Below are positions 38,201 to 50,475 of a stretch of DNA of 64,000 nt, in pieces. The stretch comes from Hormiphora californensis (taxonomy: Eukaryota > Animalia > Ctenophora): the NCBI GenBank assembly GCA_020137815.1, contig CM035355.1:4216001-4280000 (forward strand), read 5' to 3'. The position numbers and the translations under genes were made by a program. Numbering within the stretch: the stretch's first letter is position 1; the number at the start of each line of letters is the position of its first letter. The notes beneath the pieces are model-generated. The model worked only from the letters and a program-made list of their open reading frames with translations, was not told where the DNA came from and made no database searches.

Positions 38201-41200
38201 GATCCATCAACAGAGGAGACCCAGGAAGCGTCACCGGTAGGAGCAATGTCTGAACCAGTGAGGATACAACTTATGTTGACACCAACGGAACTATCAGCAA
38301 ACGCTGCGGTGGCGATCGCTTCAACTGTGTAGAAGTCAACCGTGACATTCTGAGAAATGTCCACTGCAACGTCCCCTGTACCAAATGTGAACTCACAGGT
38401 GAAGTTCTTGTCGGCAGAAAGACCCGATTCAATGAGCTCTGGGGATGTTGCAGTGTTGTCTATGGTGATACCTGAATCGCCATCGGAGATAGAGCTTCCT
38501 CCGGAGGACCAACTTGCAGATACCGGAGAGCTCTGATAGTCTGAGATTGTACAGGAAATTGTTGCGTTTTCACCAGTTGTTATGAACGCATCAACCGTCG
38601 TTATGGTAACCACGTCTGCGGTTAGGTCAGCACTGATTGATCCCTTGCCGGTAAAAGCAATTGCACAGGTGTAATCGGTGTCTATAGTAAGTCCAGTAAC
38701 TGTGAGAATAGTGGACAGGTTTGTACCCGAGATACCAGAACTAATTGCCGTGTTAGCTGACTCCCAGGAGGCGATTGCTAAGTCATCATTGGAATCGTCC
38801 AGATCCTCAACTGTGCAGGACATGACGGCATCTCCCCCGCTCTCCAGGTACGCAGGAACAGCTGTAATGTTTGCCACATCAATCAGGGATGCATCGGAAA
38901 CAGACCCAGAATTTCCGAACGTTGCTCGGCAGGTGAAGTTAGTGTCAGTGGTAATGGAAGTGATATCAAGCTGCAAGCCTAGATTGCTTGAGGCGGTTGC
39001 TAGAGTGGCTCCACCAGCACCGTCTACAAGAGCAACCCCGGCGGAGTCTTCCCATTGGATGGCTGTAACGGAGAGACTGTTGTCACTGATGGCACAGCTG
39101 ATGGTGGCCGTGTCGCCATCGAGGATGACTGCCTCAGTAGTGGTTACGACAACCTTATCGACGGTGGCCTCGACTGCAACTGTACCGTCTCCAGCAGCAA
39201 AACTGCAGCTGTATGTTGCGTCAATGTTCACAGTCGAGAGCATTAAGATGGATTCCAGGCCGTCAGTTTCCACATTTGCAGAGTCCACTTCAGAAGAGTC
39301 TGAAGTATCTATCCAGGTTACTGTTGGATTTGCGACAGAGGCTTCTGCATCGGATAGGGTACAAGTAAGGTTGCCATCAGAGCCAGCTAAGACCACAGCA
39401 TCGACAGCTGTGATGTTTACTAACATCCACAAGGGCTTCTTCTGTGGCGTCAGCACTGGAAGAAAGTGTGAAGGTACAGGTGAAGTTTTTGTCGGCTGAC
39501 AAAGCTGAGACAGTAAGAGTGGAGGCCTGGTCGCCATCGGCCCACGTGTCCGTGACAATAGTTACTGAGCTTCCGTCGTGTGTAAGAGTACCATCACTGT
39601 CCGACCAAACAACTGCTGAGGGTGCATTCTGAAGTCCGCTTATATCACAGCTCACTGTCGGATCTGAAGTGTCCAGAACAATAGTTGAGTTTGAATCGAT
39701 GGTGTAGAAGTCAACCGTGACATCCTGAGAAATGTCCACTGCAACGTCCCCTGTACCAAATGTGAACTCACAGGTGAAGTTCTTGTCGGCAGAAAGACCC
39801 GATTCAATGAGCTCCGGGGATGTTGCAGTGTCGTCTATGGTGATACCTGGATCACCATCGGAGATAGAGCTTCCTCCGGAGGACCAACTTGCAGATACCG
39901 GAGAGCTCTGATAGTCTGCGATTGTACAGGAAATTGTTGCGTTTTCACCAGTTGTTATGAACGCATCAACCGTCGTTATGGTAACCACGTCTGCGGTTAG
40001 GTCAGCACTGATTGATCCCTTGCCGGTAAAAGCAATTGCACAGGTGTAATCGGTGTCTATAGTAAGTCCAGTAACTGTGAGAATAGTGGACAGGTTTGTA
40101 CCCGAGATACCAGAACTAATTGCCGTGTTAGCTGACTCCCAGGAGGCGATTGCTAAGTCATCATTGGAATCGTCCAGATCCTCAACTGTGCAGGACATGA
40201 CGGCATCTCCCCCGCTCTCCAGGTACGCAGGAACAGCTGTAATGTTTGCCACATCAATCAGGGATGCCTCGGAAACAGACCCAGAATTTCCGAACGTTGC
40301 TCGGCAGGTGAAGTTAGTGTCAGTGGTAATGGAAGTGATATCAAGCTGCAAGCCTAGATTGCTTGAGGCGGTTGCTAGAGTGGCTCCACCAGCACCGTCT
40401 ACAAGAGCAACCCCGGCGGAGTCTTCCCATTGGATGGCTGTAACGGAGAGACTGTTGTCACTGATGGCACAGCTGATGGTGGCCGTGTCGCCATCGAGGA
40501 TGACTGCCTCAGTAGTGGTTACGACAACCTTATCGACGGTGGCCTCGACTGCAACTGTACCGTCTCCAGCAGCAAAACTGCAGCTGTATGTTGCGTCAAT
40601 GTTCACAGTCGAGAGCATTAAGATGGATTCCAGGCCGTCAGTTTCCACATTTGCAGAGTCCACTTCAGAAGAGTCTGAAGTATCTATCCAGGTTACTGTT
40701 GGATTTGCGACAGAGGCTTCTGCATCGGATAGGGTACAAGTAAGGTTGCCATCAGAGCCAGCTAAGACCACAGCATCGACAGCTGTGATGTTTACAACAT
40801 CCACAAGGGCTTCTTCTGTGGCGTCAGCACTGGAAGAAAGTGTGAAGGTACAGGTGAAGTTTTTGTCGGCTGACAAAGCTGAGACAGTAAGAGTGGAGGC
40901 CTGGTCGCCATCGGCCCACGTGTCCGTGACAATAGTTACTGAGCTTCCGTCGTGTGTAAGAGTACCATCACTGTCCGACCAAACAACTGCTGAGGGTGCA
41001 TTCTGAAGTCCGCTTATATCACAGCTCACTGTCGGTTCTGAAGTGTCCAGAACAATAGTTGAGTTTGAATCGATGGTGTAGAAGTCAACCGTGACATCCT
41101 GAGAAATGTCCACTGCAACGTCCCCTGTACCAAATGTGAACTCACAGGTGAAGTTCTTGTCGGCAGAAAGACCCGATTCAATGAGCTCCGGGGATGTTGC

Positions 41201-44200
41201 AGTGTCGTCTATGGTGATACCTGGATCACCATCGGAGATAGAGCTTCCTCCGGAGGACCAACTTGCAGATACCGGAGAGCTCTGATAGTCTGCGATTGTA
41301 CAGGAAATTGTTGCGTTTTCACCAGTTGTTATGAACGCATCAACCGTCGTTATGGTAACCACGTCTGCGGTTAGGTCAGCACTGATTGATCCCTTGCCGG
41401 TAAAAGCAATTGCACAGGTGTAATCGGTGTCTATAGTAAGTCCAGTAACTGTGAGAATAGTGGACAGGTTTGTACCCGAGATACCAGAACTAATTGCCGT
41501 GTTAGCTGACTCCCAGGAGGCGATTGCTAAGTCATCATTGGAATCGTCCAGATCCTCAACTGTGCAGGACATGACGGCATCTCCCCCGCTCTCCAGGTAC
41601 GCAGGAACAGCTGTAATGTTTGCCACATCAATCAGGGATGCCTCGGAAACAGACCCAGAATTTCCGAACGTTGCTCGGCAGGTGAAGTTAGTGTCAGTGG
41701 TAATGGAAGTGATATCAAGCTGCAAGCCTAGATTGCTTGAGGCGGTTGCTAGAGTGGCTCCACCAGCACCGTCTACAAGAGCAACCCCGGCGGAGTCTTC
41801 CCATTGGATGGCTGTAACGGAGAGACTGTTGTCACTGATGGCACAGCTGATGGTGGCCGTGTCGCCATCGAGGATGACTGCCTCAGTAGTGGTTACGACA
41901 ACCTTATCGACGGTGGCCGTGACTGCAACTGTACCGTCTCCAGCAGCAAAACTGCAGCTGTATGTTGCGTCAATGTTCACAGTCGAGAGCATTAAGATGG
42001 ATTCCAGGCCGTCAGTTTCCACATTTGCAGAGTCCACTTCAGAAGAGTCTGAAGTATCTATCCAGGTTACTGTTGGATTTGCGACAGAGGCTTCTGCATC
42101 GGATAGGGTACAAGTAAGGTTGCCATCAGAGCCAGCTAAGACCACAGCATCGACAGCTGTGATGTTTACTACATCCACAAGGGCTTCTTCTGTGGCGTCA
42201 GCACTGGAAGAAAGTGTGAAGGTACAGGTGAAGTTTTTGTCGGCTGACAAAGCTGAGACAGTAAGAGTGGAGGCCTGGTCGCCATCGGCCCACGTGTCCG
42301 TGACAATAGTTACTGAGCTTCCGTCGTGTGTAAGAGTACCATCACTGTCCGACCAAACAACTGCTGAGGGTGCATTCTGAAGTCCGCTTATATCACAGCT
42401 CACTGTCGGTTCTGAAGTGTCCAGAACAATAGTTGAGTTTGAATCGATGGTGTAGAAGTCAACCGTGACATCCTGAGAAATGTCCACTGCAACGTCCCCT
42501 GTACCAAATGTGAACTCACAGGTGAAGTTCTTGTCGGCAGAAAGACCCGATTCAATGAGCTCCGGGGATGTTGCAGTGTCGTCTATGGTGATACCTGGAT
42601 CACCATCGGAGATAGAGCTTCCTCCGGAGGACCAACTTGCAGATACCGGAGAGCTCTGATAGTCTGCGATTGTACAGGAAATTGTTGCGTTTTCACCAGT
42701 TGTTATGAACGCATCAACCGTCGTTATGGTAACCACGTCCACTGTCACACTTGCTTCCACTGAATTGGTGTCAAATGTGAATTGGCAAGTATAAGTTGCA
42801 TCAGTTGAGTCAGCATCACTTTCAAGTTTAGATGAGGTAAAGTCGTCTGCTGAATAAACTGTGATATCACTGGTAGAGTTTGTCTGTTCCACTGAAGATT
42901 TGAACCACTGTACTGCTGTCAGCGTGGAGTTTGACGATACGTCGGTTAGAGCGCATGATATAGTTGCAGTGTCTGCTGAGAGTTTTACAGAATCATAGAC
43001 TGTCATGGTAACCACATCTACCACAACCTCCCCCTCCACATCCACATCTTGAACCGTAAAGATGCAGGTAAATGTTTCGTCTGCAGTGTATGATGAAGCA
43101 TCAAGGACAACGAGTGTTGTGTCCTTGGGAGTTGGTAGCATAAGTCCCATCTGTTATGGTGTAGTCGGCACCACTTGTAATCGTGTCGCCCGTTAGAGTT
43201 CTTCCAGATGATCGCAGAAGGTGCCTCTGGTAAATTGGACATGTCACAAGTCAAGGTTGTGGTTGCGGACCCCTCTATGATCACTGACCCTGTGGTGTCC
43301 ATTGTCACTACCGTGGCTGTTATCATGGTTTTTGTGAGAGTATCACCTCCTAATCTCAACCGCACACTCGTAGTCTGTTGTACTGTTTAGCGCGGAATTG
43401 GTAAACTTGCTGACTTGACTTCCATCCGCACTGTTCCAAGCCTCATCTGTAACGTCGTCCGTAGTTTTAGCCGCCCCACTGGCACCCCACTCGAATGACG
43501 TTGGCTCCGTCTCAGACCCGTCCAGTGAGCAGGACAGGGTGACGCTCTCCCCCTGCAGGGCGACAGAAGGTGTTGTTGTTATGGTAACCACATCCAGAAT
43601 CACATTCTTTACTATAACAAAATCTCCTGCACTGAAAGTACAGGTGTAGTTTGCATCTGCCGTTACACTTGTCAACTCAATGGTGCTGTTCTGTTCTCCA
43701 TCTGTGTAGGTGTCCTCAACTGAAGTCACACTCCCTCCATCACTGTCTGTCCATGCAATTGTGGGAGCTCCTGGGGAGTTGTCGATACTACAGGTCAGGG
43801 TCGTTGAGTCCCCTGAGAGTATTGTGTGACCCGTGGCAGTCACCTCCGCGATATCAGCATCCTACATTGCCGGATATGTTGTAACCACCGATCTGGAAGG
43901 TGCAGGTGTAGGTTTCAGTTGAATCTTGGAAATGCCTGGGTGAGAGTTGTTGTTTGGTTGTCGTTGGTAGCATCGTATGTCCCTTCATCAATTATGTAGC
44001 CACTGGATCCGTTGCTAAGTCAGCGTAGAATCCAGGTACCATAGAAGATCGGTTGGTGCAGTTGCACTGTCGGTTAGTGCGCATGTAACTGTCGCTGCTG
44101 TTCCCTCGGCAACGTGGTCATGGGTCGTTGTTATGGTAACAACGTCCACAGTCACACTTTCTTCCGGTGTACCCGTGTCAAATGTGAATTTGCAAGTATA

Positions 44201-47200
44201 AGTTGCATCAGTTGAGTCAGCATCACTTTCAAGTTTAGATGAGGTAAAGTCATCCGCTGAATAAACTGTGATATCGCTCGTAGAGTTTGTCTGTTCCACT
44301 GAAGATTTGAACCACTGAACTGCTGTTGGTGCGTTGTCACTAGCAACGTCACCCAACGCACAGGATATGGTAGCGGTGCTATCATCCAACTTGTAACTGT
44401 CAGTCGTGGTGATGCTCACCACATCTACCACCACACTTCCCCCAATACTGCTGCCTTGGACGGTAAAGATACAGGAAAAGGACTGATCCGAGGTGTAATC
44501 CGAGGTATCGGAGATGGTCAGAGTTGTGTTCTGATAGTCTGTGTCAAAGGTTCCATCTATCTGGGTGTAATCAGACCCATTGATAATTGTGTTATCAGAG
44601 GGGTCCTTCCATTTGATGTTGGTGGGCTCCGCGGGCAAGTTAGACATCTCACAGACCAACACAGCGGAGGTGGTCCCTTCAAGGATAACCGCGCCCGCTG
44701 ATGTGAGGGTTATGACTGTGGCTGTTATACTGGTCACCGTCAGAGTATCAGCTCCTATCTCAACCTCACACTCGTAGTCAGTAGTTGCGTTGATGATTGA
44801 CTCTGTAAACTTGCTGACTTGACTTCCATCCGCACTGTTCCAAGCCTCATCTGTAACGTCGTCCGTAGTTTTAGTCTCCCCACTGGCACCCCACTTGAAG
44901 GACGTTGGCTCCGTCTCAGACCCGTCCAGTGAGCAGGACAGGGTAACACTCTCCCCCGCCAAGGCGATCGTGGGTCCCGGAGTCAGGGTGACGACATCCA
45001 CTTCCACGGTCTGTGACAACGTGGTGCCATCGGTGGAAAATGAACACGTGTAGGTCGCATCTGCTGTCACAGAGCTCAGGACGATTTCACTGGTTTGGCT
45101 CCCATCCGTCGCATTCCACGTACCTTCTGTGGAGCTCACAGTGGTCGCTGTACTATCCGTCCAGGTGATTGTCGTTGGCTCCGATGGGAAGTCGCTGATC
45201 ACACAAGTTAGGTTGGTGGATGACCCAGATGTGATGGTGTGACCAGTAGCCGTCACCCCAACCATTTGGACCTCCGCGGTATCCGTCAGGGTGGAACCAT
45301 CGATCGTGAATGTACACGTGAAGGTTGCCGAGGCGTCCACGTTAGCCTTCTCTAACGAAATTGTCTGGGTATCTGCCGAGCTATCGTAACTTCCTTCTAG
45401 GACCGTGTAATCGCCCCCTGTCGAGATGTCAGACCCGCCACTTGACCAGCCCACCGCTGACGGCTCTGTTTCACAGGCTGACAGGGCACAAGTTATGGAA
45501 GCAGTCTCACCGTCCTGGTTGATATCACCAGTAGCGGTTATGACCACCACATCCACGGAAACTGTCTCCTTCACACTGCCATCAGTAAATGTGAAGAGAC
45601 AGGTGTAGTCGGTATCAGTGGTTGTAGTAGTGCTGACCAACTGGGTAGTAGTGAAGTTGGCAGCGGAGGTGACTGTGGTACCCGCGGTGGAGTTGGTGAT
45701 CTGCTCTGTCGAGGAAATGTACCATTGTACCGCTGTTAGGGCTGAAACATCAGAATCTAGCTCATCTAGTTCACAGGATAGTGTTGCGGTATCACCGGAC
45801 TGGATGACACTTGCCGTTGAGGTTATACTCACGTGCTCAACTTCCACTGTTTCACTAAAGATCTCCCCATCGATCACAAACACACACGTGTAGTTCTTGT
45901 CCGTGGTGAGAGCTGCCGTGTTTAGATCCAGCACGGTAGTCTCCGTACCACCCGAGTAGGCCCCGTCTGTTATGGTATACCCGTCAGAGCCAGAGGTGAT
46001 GGCATCACCATCGGGGTCTTTCCAGATTATATGCTCAGGCTCGCTGGGGGAGTTGGTCAGGATACACGTCACCGTAGCATCATCATCATCCTCGTTAGCG
46101 TATGTGCCCGTTCCCGCAATGTCTATCATATTGGCAGCCACTTCTGACGAGACGTTCAGGGAATCCACAGTAAAGATGCAGGTGTATGTTGCCGTGGAGC
46201 CCAGGTTGTCTACGGTTAGTTTACTAAGCTTGCTCCCCGTCCCAGATTCCCATGAGTCATCCGTGACGTCACTTTGTTCTGTCCCGGTGCTATCAACCCA
46301 CGTTATTGCAGAAGGTTCCACTTGTGCCCCGGAGATCTCACAGGACAGTGTGACACTGTCACCCGACACGGCTGTATCTGATGTGGCGGTGATCTCAACC
46401 ACCTGAACAGTTGCAGAGTCCCTCACATCAGCTCCATCGATTGTGAACTGACACGTGTAGGTTGTGTCGGTGGTCACCCCGGTAACGTCCAGCGTGGTCG
46501 TCTGGGATCCACCTGAGTAGCTGCCTTCCGTCACCCCGTCCGTGACAGTCCCACTGCTAGTCTTCCATGTTACCGCACTGGGCTCGGAGGGGGCGTTGGA
46601 GAGCTCGCAGGTGAGGGTGGCATTGCTACCGGATAATATCAGGACATCTGATATTGTTTGTCCTATGTAATCCACCACAGCCTCAGCGGATGTGCACTCT
46701 GAACCAAAGAGATAGCAACAGGTAAAGGTGGTCGTTGCACCAAGATTCGATACTTGGAGGTTATCAGTTTGACTGCCACCTGAGTATACTGGGTATGTGT
46801 AGGCTATGTAATCTCCCCCTGTCGTTATCTCAGCCCCGGTACTGTTCGTCCACTTGAAGTCCCCGGGTTCGCTGCTCGCATCAGACAGCACACAAGTGAG
46901 TGATGCCGTATCCCCTGACGCGATGACGTCATCCTGTACTGTGATGGTGACGTAATCAAGCTCCACCGTCTCCTCCACCGATCCACCGATTGTAATATCG
47001 AATGTACATGTGAAGGTGGTGTCAGTGGTGACGCTAGTTGCAGCCAGGTACCCCACCTTGTCCGACCCCGTGAAGTCAGTAGAGGCAGTGTAGGTACCGT
47101 TGTCACTGATTGTTGCACCTCCTGAGGTCCATGTTACAGTTGGGTCGGAGCTGTCCGTGGAGTCGGACAAGGTACAACTGATTGTGGAGGTTCCACCGGA

Positions 47201-47894
47201 GAGGATGGCGTTGTCTCCAGCCTCTATACTTACCACGTCCATCACACCTGCATAAAGAGAGAAATAGCTGCTTGGAATAGTGTATGTGATAGTTAATTGG
47301 AAGTGTCTGTGATAGCTGCTTGGAAGTTTCTTATAGTTTCTATGGGAAATGTAGATATGGGAAATGTAGATATTATTATGCTAGTATTATTATACCTGTA
47401 TCTTCATAGGGGACACCACCGATCAAAGCCCAACATGTCAAGTCGGTATCTGCTGATACACTTGACTGCTCATAGGTGCTACTTGTAGAGTCTGAAAAGT
47501 AGTTCTGGGTTGTTATCTCTCATTCATTTTCAAGTTGACTCATGTGTGTTTAGTAGTATAACGGCCTGCTAGCGGGAATCTGTGACAAATTTTGCAAAAT
47601 TTTGGCTAGATAAGAGCACGCTTGCTCTGTCATCTGTGAGCTACACAAAAGTGTACCTGAAGCTGTGGTGATAGTGATATCACTTCCACTTGATAAATCA
47701 TTATCATCACTGTCCTTCCACTTTACAATCAGCACAGTCCCCCCATCTGCATCTATTGTGCATGTGAGGGTCGCTGAGGAGCCGGAGAGAACTGAGTCAT
47801 CAGATGTAGTAACGCTGGCAGCACCCTCACAATCCCCGATAAGTGAGGTGAATAGTAGTAGTAGTAGTGGCGACGCAATCTTTCTTTTCTTCAT
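32298..47894 (-). CDS. Giant Ig-superfamily type-I membrane protein (~5,000 aa; roughly 45-50 Ig-like domains, 2 Cys-rich ephrin-receptor-like regions, ~3 sushi/CCP modules, furin site, TM, short tail); exons 47894-47657, ~47490-47397, 47247-32298; 14 single-base +1 frameshifts in exon 3
   Basis: Signal peptide; repeated G...T(L/I)(S/T)C...W...D..(Y/F)TC.F pattern; CTECPVDTYQ and CEPCPRGTYQ repeats; CTVTCDSGY...CTDGVWD sushi; SKRRRRS; TM MMLAIISVCACVVVMAMLVVAIVV; consecutive ORFs join by removing one base each. Confidence 0.88.
38327..42737 (-). repeat. Near-identical 1374-bp coding tandem repeat (5 Ig domains, 458 aa), ~3.2 copies
   Basis: Shadow ORF starts at 38678, 40053, 41427 (spacing 1375 and 1374); only a handful of substitutions between copies. 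Confidence 0.95.
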
Positions 47895-48401
47895 TTAGTT
47901 CTACAAAGTGTATTGAAAGTAACTAATATTAGTAACCAACTAAATTATTAGGAACTGAAAGTAAGCAGGGACCGAGGGAAAAGCATATCCTAAACAGAGA
48001 GTGGCTGCCAACATCAGCCTGAGTATAAACGTGTAGACACTTCATGACAACAAAATTAAGTACCATAGTGTAGTGGTTTTTGACTTTTTGACAAACACAG
48101 CCAACATTTCAAACAGAACGATCTAGTTTACAATTAGTGTAACGTCTAGTGTGCATGAGTTATGATAAACTAGCATGTAGTACTTGAAGGATATCAACAG
48201 GACCAAGGCATCAGAGTTGCTATGAAGTAGCTAACAGAATCCTGAGTCTCAAAACAACTGTAGAACAAGCTTGTACAAGGGTAAGAAGCAGTACGGGGGA
48301 CGCCACTATAACGTGCATCTCTCTCTATGCTTAGCAAACTAGTCAAACGCTTTTGCTCCCTTAGATAAAGGAAGCAAGATGGAAAGCTTGCTAGAACGAT
48401 G

Positions 48402-48548
<147 letters not shown>

Positions 48549-48992
48549 GAGAGAAGGAGTGAGAGAGATAGAGTGAGAGAGAAGGAGTGAGAGAGATAGA
48601 GAGAGAGAGGACCGGAGAGTCTCATGTGTGTCTGTGACGTCACACGAGAACCATGTCCAACAATACAGTTGTGCATGTGACAACTTTTAACAGGGCCCAT
48701 GCGTCACACCGGCATCACACAGTTGATGGTTGAGGTGGTGGTGGGGGTTGCGTGTTAAGTGAGGTCTTTTTGTACTAATTTAAAATGAACCGTACCTTTT
48801 TGTACGGGTCATAAATTAAAACGTGCGGTTATCGTCTAGCCGACTAGCATGCAACTGGATTGGCGAGGGTGTGAGATGGTATAGACGATCTGGTGTTCAT
48901 CATTGGATACTATCCACTGGATTTGAAAAGTGGCTCAGTGTCTATCCAATGGACAGACAGTGAGCCACTTTTCAAATTCAGTAACGAGCATG

Positions 48993-50475
48993 GGCAATTT
49001 CTCATTTGCGGCATACGGCGTCTAGACGGCGTCGCAACGCCGTCTAGACGGTATACCGTCTGGACGGGTTTCGGTGAAATCAGCTAAAAACGGTACCGAA
49101 ATTGCTTGAGACGGGTTATAGACGGTATCAGACGGTCTCTAGACGGGTTATAGACGGTATCAGACGGTGTTGCGACGGTATCAGACGGTCTCTAGACGGT
49201 GTCTAGACGGTACCGTCCCGGCGTCTGGACGGCGTCTGGACGGTGTCTAGACGGTATCCGTCCGAAATTGAGACGGCACGTCTGAAAATTGTATCAGACG
49301 TTGAGACGGACTTTTAGAACTCCGTCTGTATTTCAGACGGAGTTTTAAAAGTACGTCTCAACGCAGTCTAAAGGAAAATCGATGAAAGTACCGTCTAGAC
49401 AACGTCTCAACTGAAACCGGTCAACATACCGTCTAAACAACGTCTAGACAACGTCTAAACAGAATCTCGCGATTCAGTTTCAAATACCGTCTAGACAACT
49501 TCTCCAGCAATTTCGATAAGAATACCGTCTAAACAACGTCTAGACAACGTCTCAAATAATGATGTCTAGACTCGACCGTTTTCGAAGACCATTCTGGATT
49601 ACCCATGCCAGTTGGAATTAGTGGTAGATGTGTGGTAGGCAGTCTAAAGAATTAAACTTCGCGTTGGTGACGCAGTCACCCTTACAACTCGCGCGCGTAG
49701 CGCGCGAAAACGAAGCCCGCGAAGCAGAGAGGTGATTGCATCACCAAAACTTCGCGCCTTACATTCATGAGACGACAATGGCGGGTTGCTGTTTCTTCTT
49801 ACATTCAGCCAAACTGTTTTGGTATCTCCACATTCACTCTTACATCCAGCTATCGCGTTGTAATACAACTGTGAGATACTGTTGATGGCTGATACTATGA
49901 GACGTTGTTTAGACGGTATCTGTATCGGATTCGCTTAAGACGTTGTCTAGACGTTGTTTAGACGGTATTCGTATCGAAATTGCTAGAGAAGTTGTCTAGA
50001 CGGTATTTGAAACTGAATCGCGAGATTCTGTTTAGACGTTGTCTAGACGTTGTTTAGACGGTATTTTGACCGGTTTCAGTTGAGACGTTGTCTAGACGGT
50101 ACTTTCATCGATTTTCCTTTAGACTGCGTTGAGACGTACTTTTAAAACTCCGTCTGAAATACAGACGGAGTTCTAAAAGTCCGTCTCAACGTCTGGTACA
50201 ATTTTCAGACGTGCCGTCTCAATTTCGGACGGATACCGTCTAGACACCGTCCAGACGCCGTCCAGACGCCGGGACGGTACCGTCTAGACACCGTCTAGAG
50301 ACCGTCTGATACCGTCGCAACACCGTCTGATACCGTCTATAACCCGTCTAGAGACCGTCTGATACCGTCTATAACCCGTCTCAAGCAATTTCGGTACCGT
50401 TTTTAGCTGATTTCACCGAAACCCGTCCAGACGGTATACCGTCTAGACGCCGTATGCCGCAAATGAGAAATTGCC
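48993..50475. mobile_element. Mutator/MULE-like foldback element with 9-bp TSD
   Basis: ACGAGCATG duplicated at 48984-48992 and 50476-50484; GGCAATTTCTCATTTGCGGC...GCCGCAAATGAGAAATTGCC termini; arms of roughly 550 bp built of AGACGG/GTCTAGAC repeats. Confidence 0.9.

Noticed and set aside
38678-42380. Plus-strand ORFs of 273-317 aa
   Set aside because: Antisense shadows of the Ig repeat units.
43018-43365. Euplotes-style shift strictly at stop codons as the general rule
   Set aside because: At 43351, 43190, 43124 and 39421 homology places the shift upstream of the zero-frame stop.
32298-47245. Reading the Ig ORFs as separate genes, or the breaks as tiny introns
   Set aside because: Breaks fall inside Ig domains, and paralogous domains align across them with a single-base difference, leaving no room for an intron.
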